A stretch of 63,186 nucleotides of DNA, counting the filler, from Octopus bimaculoides (taxonomy: Eukaryota), in the NCBI RefSeq assembly GCF_001194135.2. It is 5 parts of 5 records of this genome, joined end to end, with 100 filler letters (N's around TTAATTAATTAA, not from the genome) between each part and the next. Parts side by side here need not be neighbours in the genome. Positions count along the whole stretch, not along the records: positions 46,369 to 57,686 come from NC_069003.1; positions 57,787 to 63,186 come from NW_026322148.1; 3 more parts are not named here. One strand, given 5' to 3'. This document shows positions 52,159 to 63,186 of the stretch, piece by piece. The number at the start of each line of letters is the position of its first letter. Position 1 is the first letter of the stretch. Below the pieces are notes generated by a model. That model saw only the letters and a list, made by a program, of their open reading frames with translations. It did not search any database and was not told where the DNA came from. Both the position numbers and the translations under genes were made by a program.

Positions 52159-54264
52159 CACACGCATATAATGTGTGTGATGGGAGGTGGTACAGTTGAT
52201 AAAATCTATCCCCAATGTGTAACTGGATCAGTTTTATTTTATCGATCCTGATCGATAAATGCTGAAGTTGACTTCGGTTGGACTTTGAATTCAGGTGCTC
52301 CACCGATTCTAGCATTTCACCCCCAGAATGAATTCTGGGGGTGAAATGGAGTCACACGTTTGTTATTAGTGGAGGACAACTGGACCCTGTAATCAATTTA
52401 ATTTAATTAATCTCGCTATTTGATGGGAATTAGTTCTTTTATTATCGATCTTTGTCAGAATCGAACTCAAACTGTAAAACATCTACACCTGTGCTTCTTA
52501 AACTTCATTTGTTTTAACTATCGGTCTCTTTTACAATCATTATTTCAACACGCTCTTTGTACACCATCATCATTTAACTCCGCTTGTATGGGTTAGACGG
52601 AATTTATTGAAGCAAATTTTCTACAGCTGGATCCTCTTTCTGTCGCCAACCTTCACCCGTTTCCAAGCAAGGTAATATTTTCTCAAAGCTAGATATATTT
52701 TACACGGTGGACTGCAAACGAACAACCTCGCATATATAACAATGATGCTCGTTTAGAAGCACCATGTAATGTACAGACAAGTGCGAGATGATGAAGTTAG
52801 GAGATGATACTCTATTGTCAGTCAACAAGCAAGATAAGTGGTCATGCAAGCAGAGAGAGAAATACAAATATGGTGGAATTAGGTGTAAATGAGGAAGAGA
52901 TTGAGTGTAAGGAGAAGTGAGGTGAAGAAAGATTTTTCTATGATTGAGAAAGAGAATTAAAAAGGTAGTATAAAATAAAGCAGTGTGAAAGGGAAAGCAA
53001 TGACTCTGCTGAGAAAGATGGAAAAGAGTTTTAAAACAGAAAGAAAATTGAAATAGATTATTAGATGGAGAGTGGATGACAAAATGATGGACAGAGAGAG
53101 ATTGAGAGAAGTTGTAGCTTGTTACCAAAATAGCAGATTATCATAAGAAAAAAAAGTGACACAAAAGAAGAGAGAGTACAGNNNNNNNNNNNNNNNNNNN
53201 NNNNNNNNNNNNNNNNNNNNNNNNNNNNNNNNNNNNNNNNNNNNNNNNNNNNNNNNNNNNNNNNNNNNNNNNNNNNNNNNNNNNNNNNNNNNNNNNNNNN
53301 NNNNNNNNNNNNNNNNNNNNNNNNNNNNNNNNNNNNNNNNNNNNNNNNNNNNNNNNNNNNNNNNNNNNNNNNNNNNNNNNNNNNNNNNNNATATATTTTC
53401 GCGCGCGTGTGTGTGTGTGTGTATATATATATATGAATGTATATATATGTGTATATCTATGTGTGTGTGTGTATGTATATATATATATAAATGGAATTGA
53501 ATTCGGGACTGCCTTGCGTGCAGCGTTCGTTTTCATCCAATTTATATTCATGTAAAGGTTGAATCTTGAGTTGTTGTCACTCTACATTTCCCGCTTTTAA
53601 CACATTGTTCAGGAGAGAGAGAGAGTGAGAGTGTGTATTTGTTTGTGTGTGTGTGTGTGCACGCGCATACTGTACGCTCATCGAAGCTTAAAATACACAT
53701 GTTTATGGTTTCAGTTATAAACTGAGAAGAGAAGATTGACCATAATAAACCAAGACTCGGCGACACCAGCACACCACCGCCACCACCACCACCACCATCA
53801 TCCATGTAACTAAAATAACACCGTTTATACCTAGAGCACAACATCTTCCTCAAGCACAGTAAAGTGTTTCCATCAATTTTCTCAATCAGACGCCATCCTC
53901 TTCCTTTCACAATCTAAATGCAGCGATTGAAACTTCCATTTATTTTGATTTTACGTCCAACGCCATTTTCAAACAAGTTCTCTTTTTGTTTTTTGGGTTT
54001 TTTTTTCTTATTTTCTTTTTATTCTCATCAAGTAATATGGCGTCATTATTATTGCTGGGTGTGTATAATGCTGTCACGAAATATTTTTATATATAGATAT
54101 ATATAGATGACAGCATTTTGTGTGTGTGTGTGTGCCTGTGTGATAAATATATAACGTTTGATACATGAGCTACTAATAGTTTCATGCCGTTGAAACAATA
54201 ATTCAGTGGATGTAGATATCTCCACGTGATCTTTCAAGTTCAAATAGTAAACTATATATACATA

Positions 54265-54990
54265 CAGGGGGCGATGGGTAAATTGTGGCCATTTTATATT
54301 TTAATTTCGCGCTTGCGCATTGTTTTTGATTTTGATGACTACACAGTATAGTAGGGTAAGTTGGACACCGTCTGTGAGAAAAGCAGCACCATTACGCAGT
54401 TCACTCTGCCAGAAATTTAGAAATGACATGCGGTATTGCTTAGCATTCACGCTGGAAACTCCAATACGAACATTTCAGAGTGTTTAGGTGTCAATCTGAG
54501 GACATTTACCGAGAGTGATAAAAATCAAACATCCAGTCAACACCATGGTGTTTGGAGTGATCATTAGTGATGGTGACGTGAGACCTCTATTTGTCTTCCC
54601 ACACGGCCTCAGCCTCAACACAGGGGCCTACAACAAGTGTCTGGAGAAGTAGTGCTACTCTGGGTCAACAGGGTGGCTGCTGGAAGACCCTATGTCTGGC
54701 AACAGGACTCTGCACCCTGCCACACAAGCAGAAGAATCCAGTCATGACTGTCAGACAATTTCTGCGACCCCACCACTCCTAACATGTGGCCACCTATTTC
54801 CCCAGACTGCAACTCCCTTGATTATTATGTGGGGCGCAGTTGAGCAAGAGACCAGCAGAACTCCTTGTNNNNNNNNNNNNNNNNNNNNNNNNNNNNNNNN
54901 NNNNNNNNNNNNNNNNNNNNNNNNCAGAAGAGTTGCAGGAGATTCCGAAGCCGTCTGGAGGGAATGGAAATTTTATTGACTAAATTTACT
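54265..54990 (+). mobile_element. Tc1/mariner superfamily relic, maT/DD37D-like, internally deleted
   Basis: TA|CAGGGGGCGATGGGTAAA terminus. Frames KHPVNTMVFGVI.SDGDV.P.FVFPHGL.LNT.AY.KCL / VVL.WV.RVAAGRPYVWQQDSAPCHTSRR..S*LSDNF / WPP.SPDCNSLDYYVWGAVE. 3' end not resolved. Confidence 0.78.
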
Positions 54991-55562
54991 CTTTAATATT
55001 TCAAGATATTTTTATGTCATTTTGGTGAATTGTTAAAATGATTGATCAATGGTTTCGCATCCACGAAATCGGCAGCTTTGTGGACAGCTCATCAGACTAT
55101 ACAAAGACAAGTTTAACTTTTCATCTCTCGAAGATGGAAAGCACCTCACCTCACCTATCTCCCTCCCTCCCTCCCCACATACACAACGCGCGCATGCACA
55201 CACATACGTGTGTGCGTGAGTGACCAGTCTTCTTCTTCTCTCATTCTTTCTTGCTGTCCCACACCGTCTGTTTCTAATGTTTTTACTTATGCAAACTGTC
55301 AAGTCAAGCTTCTTTCTCTTTCAAATGAATTGTGTGTGTTTCTATATATTTGTGCATGCTTGCATGTATGCATGTATGTATGTATACTTGTGCAACCAAT
55401 TCCTTCGTTTCCGGAACGATAAGAAAGTAATCGGACTGTAAAACGATGTTGATAATCGTGATGGTGATGATAGTGGTGGCTGTAGATTGGAGGCATTACG
55501 ATAGTAATCATATATATGTATGTATAAACTCGCACAATGACCTTCTGACTTCCCTCTACCAC

Positions 55563-55596
<34 letters not shown>

Positions 55597-55994
55597 TCTC
55601 TCCATGTATTCCCATTCATCCCAGTTGTCACTCATCCCTTACTCTCTCACCCTCTCTCCATGCAATTTCCACCAATTTCCATTCATTCTGTTTTTATTTA
55701 TTTATTTATTTTACCATATCCTCCCTCCCCCTCTCTCTCTCTCTCGCCCTGCCCTCCCCTTTCTTTTCTCCATTAACTTCCATTCAGTTTTTTTTTATCT
55801 TCTTTACTCCTTTCCTTCATCCATCACTTTTCTGCCTCCATCACACATCCCCGATCCCATCGCCCCACCTCCTCTGTCCCGTCAATCCTTATACTCACTA
55901 ACCACACACACACAAATCACAAACCATTTAAAGACATTAGTTAAGGTGGCCACCATTTATTATTCCTAAGAATTGTTACTTTTGCTTCATGCCA

Positions 55995-56265
55995 GCTTTG
56001 ATCCAAAGCTTTGGTTTTCCTCCTATGCTCAAAGACGTTCCATCCATAGCCATTCCGTCTTATTCAGATCGTGCATCTTGGTCTGTTATTCAATGAGTCG
56101 CTTTGTGTGGTTTCAGGGACAGGGGTTTTGGCTGTTATTTCTAACATTTCGAGTGAACCGTGTGGAGGCTTCCTCCCGTTTAGAAGTTCACTGCTTTTAA
56201 CCCCAGGCCAACACTGATCGAACAGGGCTGCAATTAAAACCGTTCCAGCCGTGACTATTCCGTTC
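55995..56265. repeat. Old abundant interspersed repeat (family F, core TTTGGCTGCTATTTCTAGC)
   Basis: Related diverged pieces at about 10270-10460, 15040-15240, 18520-18640, 34330-34518, 34880-35050, 35190-35350, 47050-47190, 51400-51730 and 58130-58300. Class unknown. Confidence 0.6.
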
Positions 56266-57305
56266 ATTTATGTGTATGTATGTGTGGATGTACATACGCA
56301 CTTATATATGAGGTGTGTATACACACATACACACACATGGGGTGTGGTATATATATATATATATATATATTGTTTGCCATTTGAATGCGGCCATACTGGA
56401 GCACCGCCCAGGACTTATTCTTTGTAAGCCCAGTAGTTATGCTATCGGTCTCTTACGGAACCGCTAACTTGCGGGAACATAAACACACCAACGTCGGTTG
56501 TCAAGCGATGGTAGGGGAATACACACACATATATACGACAGGCTTCTTTCAGTTTCCATCTACCAAATTCACTCACAGGGCTTTGGTCGGCCCGAGGCTT
56601 ATAGTAGAAGACACTTGCTCAAAGTGCCACGCAGTGGGACTGAACCCGGAACCATGTGGTTGGTAAGCACGCTACTTATCATATAGCCACTCATATATNN
56701 NNNNNNNNNNNNNNNNNNNNNNNNNNNNNNNNNNNNNNNNNNNNNNNNNNNNNNNNNNNNNNNNNNNNNNNNNNNNNNNNNNNNNNNNNNNNNNNNNNNN
56801 NNNNNNNNNNNNNNNNNNNNNNNNNNNNNNNNNNNNNNNNNNNNNNNNNNNNNNNNNNNNNNNNNNNNNNNNNNNNNNNNNNNNNNNNNNNNNNNNNNNN
56901 NNNNNNNNNNNNNNNNNNNNNNNNNNNNNNNNNNNNNNNNNNNNNNNNNNNNNNNNNNNNNNNNNNNNNNNNNNNNNNNNNNNNNNNNNNNNNNNNNNNN
57001 NNNNNNNNNNNNNNNNNNNNNNNNNNNNNNNNNNNNNNNNNNNNNNNNNNNNNNNNNNNNNNNNNNNNNNNNNNNNNNNNNNNNNNNNNNNNNNNNNNNN
57101 NNNNNNNNNNNNNNNNNNNNNNNNNNNNNNNNNNNNNNNNNNNNNNNNNNNNNNNNNNNNNNNNNNNNNNNNNNNNNNNNNNNNNNNNNNNNCACACACA
57201 CACACACGTTACACTCCTTCCAACCCTACTTCCGGATCCCGTCCAACAAATTGTTGGGGCTTTGCCTGTTTGGCCTTTCCTTTATCTTCATCTTCTTCCA
57301 ATACC

Positions 57306-57340
<35 letters not shown>

Positions 57341-57582
57341 TTTCCTCTCACCTCCACACTCACTCTCCTCCCACCCATTCTTCCCCCCTCTTCTTTTCCA
57401 TCTTTCTTTTACTCACTCAATCTTCTCTCCTTCTTCTTTCTCCTTCCTATCTCTTTATCTTCCTCATCCCCCAACCCCCTCATCTTTATCTTTTTATTTC
57501 CCTCTCTCTTCTCTTTCATAGCATTTTATCTCTCATTTCCTCTCACCCTCATATACATACATGCATACATATACATACATAC

Positions 57583-57613
<31 letters not shown>

Positions 57614-57637
57614 TCGTTTTTCTTCCTATTTTCTTTC

Positions 57638-57686
<49 letters not shown>

Positions 57687-57786
57687 NNNNNNNNNNNNNN
57701 NNNNNNNNNNNNNNNNNNNNNNNNNNNNNNTTAATTAATTAANNNNNNNNNNNNNNNNNNNNNNNNNNNNNNNNNNNNNNNNNNNN
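57687..57786. other. Assembly linker N44-TTAATTAATTAA-N44
   Basis: 12-mer at 57731-57742. Confidence 0.95.
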
Positions 57787-58050
57787 GGCACATAAAAGAC
57801 ACCATTTCGAGCGTGGCCGTTGCCAGTATCGCCTGACTGGCCTTCGTGCAGGTGACACGTAAAAGCACCTACTACACTCTCTGAGTGGTTGGCGTTAGGA
57901 AGGGCATCCAGCTGTAGAAACTCTGCCAAATTTAGATTGGAGCCTGGTGTTGCCATCTGGTTTCACCAGTCCTCAGTCAAGTCGTCCAACCCATACTAGC
58001 ATGGAAAGCGGACGTTAAACGATGATGATGATGATGATGATGATGATGAT
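57787..58050 (+). mobile_element. Interspersed retroposon tail ending in (GAT)n (family E)
   Basis: ...CAACCCATACTAGCATGGAAAGCGGACGTTAAACGATGATGAT. Related copies at about 58345-58716(+), 16258-16445(-), 16948-17135(+), 52570-52680(-). Confidence 0.75.
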
Positions 58051-58967
58051 AGTCCTTACTTTATGTTGATTGAACCAAAAGATCTTCCTTTTTGTTGTTT
58101 TGTAATCTTTGTATTCTTCTTGTTGTACAGCTTCTTGTTAGTCCTAACAGAGCAGGTGCATGATCAAAGATGTTCCCACTTTGACCACTCCATCTTGATG
58201 TATGTCCACAACTGCTTTACTCAATATGTCCTTTCTCTTTTGAGAGAGTAGTCTGTGTTCCGAGAAAGATTTGGCTACTGTCTATTTTTAGCAAGTTGAC
58301 TGACAACAACAAAAGCCTTTTTTTTTTTTGGTATCTTAGTTGTGGCCAGTGTCTGTGTCATATGTAACCGGCACTCATGCCAGCGGCATGTAAAAAACAC
58401 TGTTCAAACGTTGGGCCTCATGGAGTCAGTGACAAGTGACCGAGACTTTTGGCAATATACCATGCTTGAGAAGACCTGTCAAATCAAGTGAGATCGTGGT
58501 TGTGGCCAATGCTGGTGTTGCATGACTGGCACCCATGCCAGTGGCACATAAATAGCACCCACTATGAGCGGTTGGCATGGAAGGGTATCCGGCCATAGAA
58601 ATCACACCAAATCAGGTTGGAACCTAGTGCAGCTCCTCAGCTTACCAGTTTACAGTCAAGCTGTCCAACCCATGCTAGCATGGAAAATGGATATTAAATG
58701 GTGATGATGATGATAATGTAAACGACTGACTAAATTTTACACGTAATCTTTGGTCATGGTTATATTGTGGATAGTAAACACTCAACTGCACAGTATTAAG
58801 TTGAGAAGTGTTGGCTCTTAAGACTTAGCTACCCAATTCAAAGAAACTTTTAATAGATGCTTAAGTCTCTCACAACTAACTGTTGCCAGTTGCTACTACC
58901 ATGTAATTATCATGTCAATGGTTCTGTGGGGAGGCAACAGCTGTGCTTATACACTCACTTGCATATA

Positions 58968-59008
<41 letters not shown>

Positions 59009-60480
59009 ACGTTCATAAACATATATTTTCTTCAAATGTTATTTAATTAACCTAATATTTATTCTACTTTCCTTCAATTTTCATCCCCACCTCTTTCAGC
59101 CAGATAAAATATATTTGAGGAGAAAGACGTCTATTCTGTACTACACTTGCTTCAAGTTACTGACTTCAGGCAAGACATATGACTCTGTTTAATTAAAATG
59201 TAAAGCAGGTAAGATGATACAGTCAACTGTGTGGGCCTATAACTACTCAAGTGTATATTATCTTAAATCTCAGTTTAGTCAATATATGATTTATGTACTC
59301 TGGTTAATTCCATTGATTATGCATTCTTCTATATTATTGAGAAAATTGGTAGGCTCTGTTCTGGTTTTAGGTTAACCATTCTCAGATAATCTGCATCATA
59401 GTCTTGAATGCTAGATGAACTTTGTCAAGGCCTAGAAAAAATAACATGCCTGCAGAAGATTTAAACTCATGGCCCATGACTAAGTAGTTCAATTTGTATC
59501 TGTCTTACTTGAATCATTATATTCATTTCAAATACAATTGCTTTATATATCAGAACGTTTAAGTAAAATACAACCAAAGTATAATCTTGTATGATTACTA
59601 AGTGTTCATACATCATTACATTGGAAAGTATAGTGAGGCTATGTTTTGCTGATGGGATCAGAATAAGAACAAAACATGTCTCCTGCACCTGCACCCCTCC
59701 CACAAAAAAACAACAGAAAACCAGTGACTAATATGGTTTTTAATTCACAGCATAATTATTTCTAGTTAACTTTTTAACCCACCCTGCATTGAATATGTTA
59801 ACACAAACTTATTCTTTTTATTTTTAGCCTAGCTATCGGTATTGTTATCACTGAATTTATTTCATGCGACACACATTACTATATTTATTTCGATTTACTC
59901 AAAGCAAGCTATTGACTACATGTAAAAATGAATAAGCATTATAAACATCTCCAAATGCCTGGGGAAATCTCGAGACCTGTTGCTTAGCTCTGGTTCATGA
60001 CATTAAGCAGGTTTTCAGTAGTTTACCCAGTAGGCTGTTACACTTCTGTGTATGCATGTATATTATATATACATGTGTATGTCTGTAAACGTATTTGTAA
60101 ATTTAATTTCTATTCCTTATTTTATCTTTTTTCTTTTTCTGTTTTATCTCACTTTATTCTGCCATTTATTCTTGCCATTTTGTTCTACTGTTTCTGCAAA
60201 AAGTGTTGTATATTTTTCTATACAGGGATTTTCAAAAAAATTTTGAATCTTTATGAACATTTTTTTCCCCAATCAGCCCATTATATCAGGTGAATTGCTG
60301 TCCAGCTGTCACAGCTGCCTTAGGATCAGGAACGTAAAACTAGTAGCTGTAATTTGTTAAGTTTGAACTTCAAAGTAAAAACTATGAATTCAATTAATTG
60401 TAGAGAGTATGTGTTAAAAAATCTAGTTTGGAAAGGCATGAGTGTATCTAATACATATATGTATGGGAGTGTATGTGTGT

Positions 60481-60696
60481 TATTTCTTTACTACCTACAA
60501 GGGGCTATACACAGAGGGGACAAACAAAGACAGACAAACAGATTAAGTCAATTATATCGACCCCAGTGCGTAACTGGTACTTATTTAATCGACCCCGAAA
60601 GGATGAAAGGCAAAGTCGACCTCGGCGGAATTTGAACTCAGAACGTAGCGGCAGACGAAATACCGCTAAGCATTTCGCCCGGCGTGCTAATGTTTC
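60481..60696 (-). mobile_element. SINE family A, slightly 5'-truncated, young, 17-bp TSD
   Basis: TGGGAGTGTATGTGTGT at 60464-60480 and 60697-60713; body close to the best other family A copies in the window. Confidence 0.88.
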
Positions 60697-60701
60697 TGGG
60701 A

Positions 60702-60737
<36 letters not shown>

Positions 60738-61047
60738 TTACTTGTTTCAGTCATTAGACTGTGGCCTACTTGGGACCACCTTGAATAATTTTAGTTGAAT
60801 GAATGAATCCCAGTACTTACTTTCTTAATCCTGGTGCTTATTCTGTCAGTTTCTTTTGCTGAACCATTAAGTTATGGGGACATAAATACACCAACAACTG
60901 TTGTCAAATTGTGGTAATGAGAACAAACACACACACACTTGTACTCATACACATACACCTTTTTTTTATTATCCCCATATATGTGAATTTGAACACTGGC
61001 ATAAAACTATGGTATGAAGGTAACACCCAGCATCACACACATGCATG

Positions 61048-61095
<48 letters not shown>

Positions 61096-61147
61096 AAGAA
61101 AATAGAACAAGGTAGAAAATGCTAAAATAATTTTATCACAAAGAACA

Positions 61148-61190
61148 TTTTAGTACCGGTTTCAGTCTTTGAGACTTTTTCAACTTAGAG
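61148..61190 (-). ncRNA. Minimal hammerhead-like motif, U3-A8 core variant, in the inverted Penelope repeat
   Basis: Minus strand TAAG-TTGAAAA-AGTCT CAA AGACT-GAAA-CCGG-TA-CTAA. Perfect 5-bp stem II, palindromic ACCGGT, weak stem I. Confidence 0.5.
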
Positions 61191-62754
61191 TAAAGCATAA
61201 AAAACAATTAAATTGTGGAAAAATGAAATGTTTTTTGGGAAATATTTCCATAATTTTCAATTACTCCAATGAACTCCCACATTGCATCAAAAAAGAATTT
61301 GTAATAGAAGGGCTACAATTCATCTTGGAGAATAACTTCTTCGTCTTCAAAGACAACTTCAAAGACAACAAAAATCGGGGACTGCGATGGGCACGAGAAT
61401 GGTCTTTTGCTAACCTAGTCATGAGATCAGTCTTTATTGTAAGGTACTAGAAAAATATGGCAACACTTTCTCCCTCTACATAGAAAATAACTGGAAGAGG
61501 TATCTTGATGACTGCTTCATTCTTTGGCATGACAGTATAGAGAGACTTAAAGAATTTCAAACACTTATAAATGGACTTTACATAAACATTTAATTTACCC
61601 TAACAACTTCCATTCCTCAACATTCTCATTAAGAAATCCAACAACAAAATAGAAACAGATATATACTCTAAGTCTACAGACTACAAGCAATATCTACTGT
61701 TCAACTCATGCCACCCCAGACACACTAGAATGAATATCTCCTTCAACCTGGCAAAAAGGATTTGTACTATAGTTTCTAATACAAACATCAGGGACATACC
61801 ACTACATGAACTAAAGGATACACTCATCAGCAGGAACTATCCACCATCACTAATTGATATAGGCTTTCAACGTGCCCTACAACTCAACATCCACAAACTC
61901 AGCCATCCCAAGCTAAAGAAGGATTTACTGCCAAAAGCCCTACCAAACATCTCCACACACAACCCCCTTAACAATGAAGCCTTTGACACCATGCTCCAGA
62001 AAATTTCCCTACTAAAAAGGGATCACAATGAATTTAACCCTCCAAACGCACACCATCATAATGAGCAAAAGACAACCCAAGTCTATGAAAGGTCTCCTAA
62101 CACAAGCCCAAGTACACTTAGCAACAACATTGACACTGTCAGTAAAAGAATGTGGAAGGCCTAAATGTGGTATATACATCAACCTAATTGAGGGATTGGA
62201 GTTCTCATTCAAACAGGGCCAATGTTTTACAATGAAAAAGAACTTCATATGTGCTTTGGAAAACCTAATATGCGTATTAACTTGCTCAAGGTGTCAAGAG
62301 CAATACATAGGCCAAACCAGAAACAGTCTACGTCAAAGGATGACCCTACATAGATCCCAGATTAAAATTTGGAAATACAGAAAAATAGCGTTCAGCAAAC
62401 ACATTGACATTTGCACCACTAATGAACAACCCAACTTCAGAATTTTTCCCCTCTACAAATTCAGGGACGATGCAACCTATAGTAAGTGCATTAGCAAAGA
62501 GTCATATTTTATCACAGAATAAAACCCCTTTTGAATGCTTCCACCACAAATAATACTACTTACTACAAAGGCCTTAGAATAATACCCATGCAAATATTAA
62601 AAATAATATATTCAGAACAGTCACTACCCATGAATTTATTCAGAACAATTCCAATCACTACTACTAAAGCTACAACAAGCCACTTTTAGGTTACTTGACC
62701 ATCTAAGAGGACTCCAGCAACAACTTGCTACTGTCATACCACTCCTGTCTTTTT

Positions 62755-62852
62755 CTTATTCTTCCTCTTCTTTTCTTCTTCCTCTTCTTTTCTTCCTCTT
62801 CTTTTCTTCTTCCTCTTCTTTTCTTCTTCCTCTTCTTTTCTTCTTCTTCCTC
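62755..62852. repeat. Pyrimidine minisatellite (about 18-bp TCTTCTTCCTCTTCTTTT units) in the Penelope 3' region
   Basis: Read directly. Confidence 0.9.
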
Positions 62853-63061
62853 GCTGTCTCCTTCCTCAGCTACTGCTGCTTAAACGATCAAAACCAAGTA
62901 CCCACATCCCTCATATTAAATAGTTCTTCAGATCTGCTACTACCTACTTACCAAGCCTTCACAAAAGTAAAAGAGAAACAAAGGAAAGGAAAATGTCCCA
63001 AGTATTTGAAATATTTTAAAAAGCATTTAAAATTTTCCACAATTTGTTTTTCATGCTTTAC

Positions 63062-63102
63062 TCTAAGTTGAAAAAGTCGCAAAACTGAAACTGGTACTAA
63101 AA
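63062..63102 (+). ncRNA. Second, more decayed copy of the U3-A8 hammerhead-like motif (sense 3' repeat)
   Basis: TAAG-TTGAAAA(63068-63074)-AGTCGCAAAACT-GAAA(63087-63090)-CTGG-TA-CTAA. Confidence 0.4.
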
Positions 63103-63186
63103 TGTCCTTCATGATAAAATTATTTTGGCATTTTCTACCTTGTCCTATTTTCCTTATACATATCAACTCGTTTGTTACTTTCAACC

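Larger units (their letters stand above)
61092..63186 (+). mobile_element. Penelope-like retroelement (5'-truncated, decayed RT + GIY-YIG endonuclease) with inverted terminal repeat copies
   Basis: Frameshifted RT pieces (IEGLQFILENNFFVF, SFANLVM, WKRYLDDCFILW with YLDD at 61501-61512, HPRHTRMNISFNLAKRIC, LISRNYPPSLI). GIY-YIG region NLICVLTCSRCQEQYIGQT...RMTLHRSQIK (about 62262-62365), preceded by CGRPKC. About 61092-61250 is an inverted copy of about 62990-63160. Confidence 0.9.

Noticed and set aside
52700-53128. 142-aa minus ORF over a purine-rich plus strand
   Set aside because: Low-complexity F/L/S/H bias from the GA-rich strand; no motif.
56196-56210. WPGVK in minus ORF 56064-56267, resembling Hedgehog exon 2 (WPGVKLRVTE)
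   Set aside because: Only 5 residues match (followed by SSE, preceded by DQC), it lies upstream of exon 1, and it sits inside an interspersed repeat (family F).

Overview
AT-rich, microsatellite- and SINE-saturated animal genomic DNA with many N gaps. The repeat families and the hedgehog sequence point to an octopod cephalopod draft assembly (inference, not verified). The only host coding sequence I can support is the first coding exon of hedgehog (minus strand, 39728-39420, 103 codons, phase-0 GT donor). Exon 2 is not visible, so bases 1-39419 are probably a >=39 kb first intron and 39729-63186 is leader, promoter and upstream DNA. The rest is mostly transposon debris: several tRNA-derived SINE families, three mariner relics, a maT/DD37D-like relic, a Helitron helicase fragment, RTE- and Tx1-like LINE tails, and a Penelope-like (RT + GIY-YIG) element with inverted terminal repeats. 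The most unusual signals are: (i) minimal hammerhead-ribozyme-like motifs with palindromic stem III in Penelope-type repeats, one with a compensatory U3-A8 core; (ii) a very common tRNA-SINE whose 3' tail matches the 3' half of that hammerhead; (iii) a 394-bp fold-back about 1.1 kb into hh intron 1; (iv) a splice acceptor 4 nt before the hh ATG, implying a non-coding leader exon. Four 100-bp N44-TTAATTAATTAA-N44 blocks are assembly linkers, so long-range distances are uncertain. Almost all ORFs in the supplied track are microsatellite, gap or repeat artefacts.
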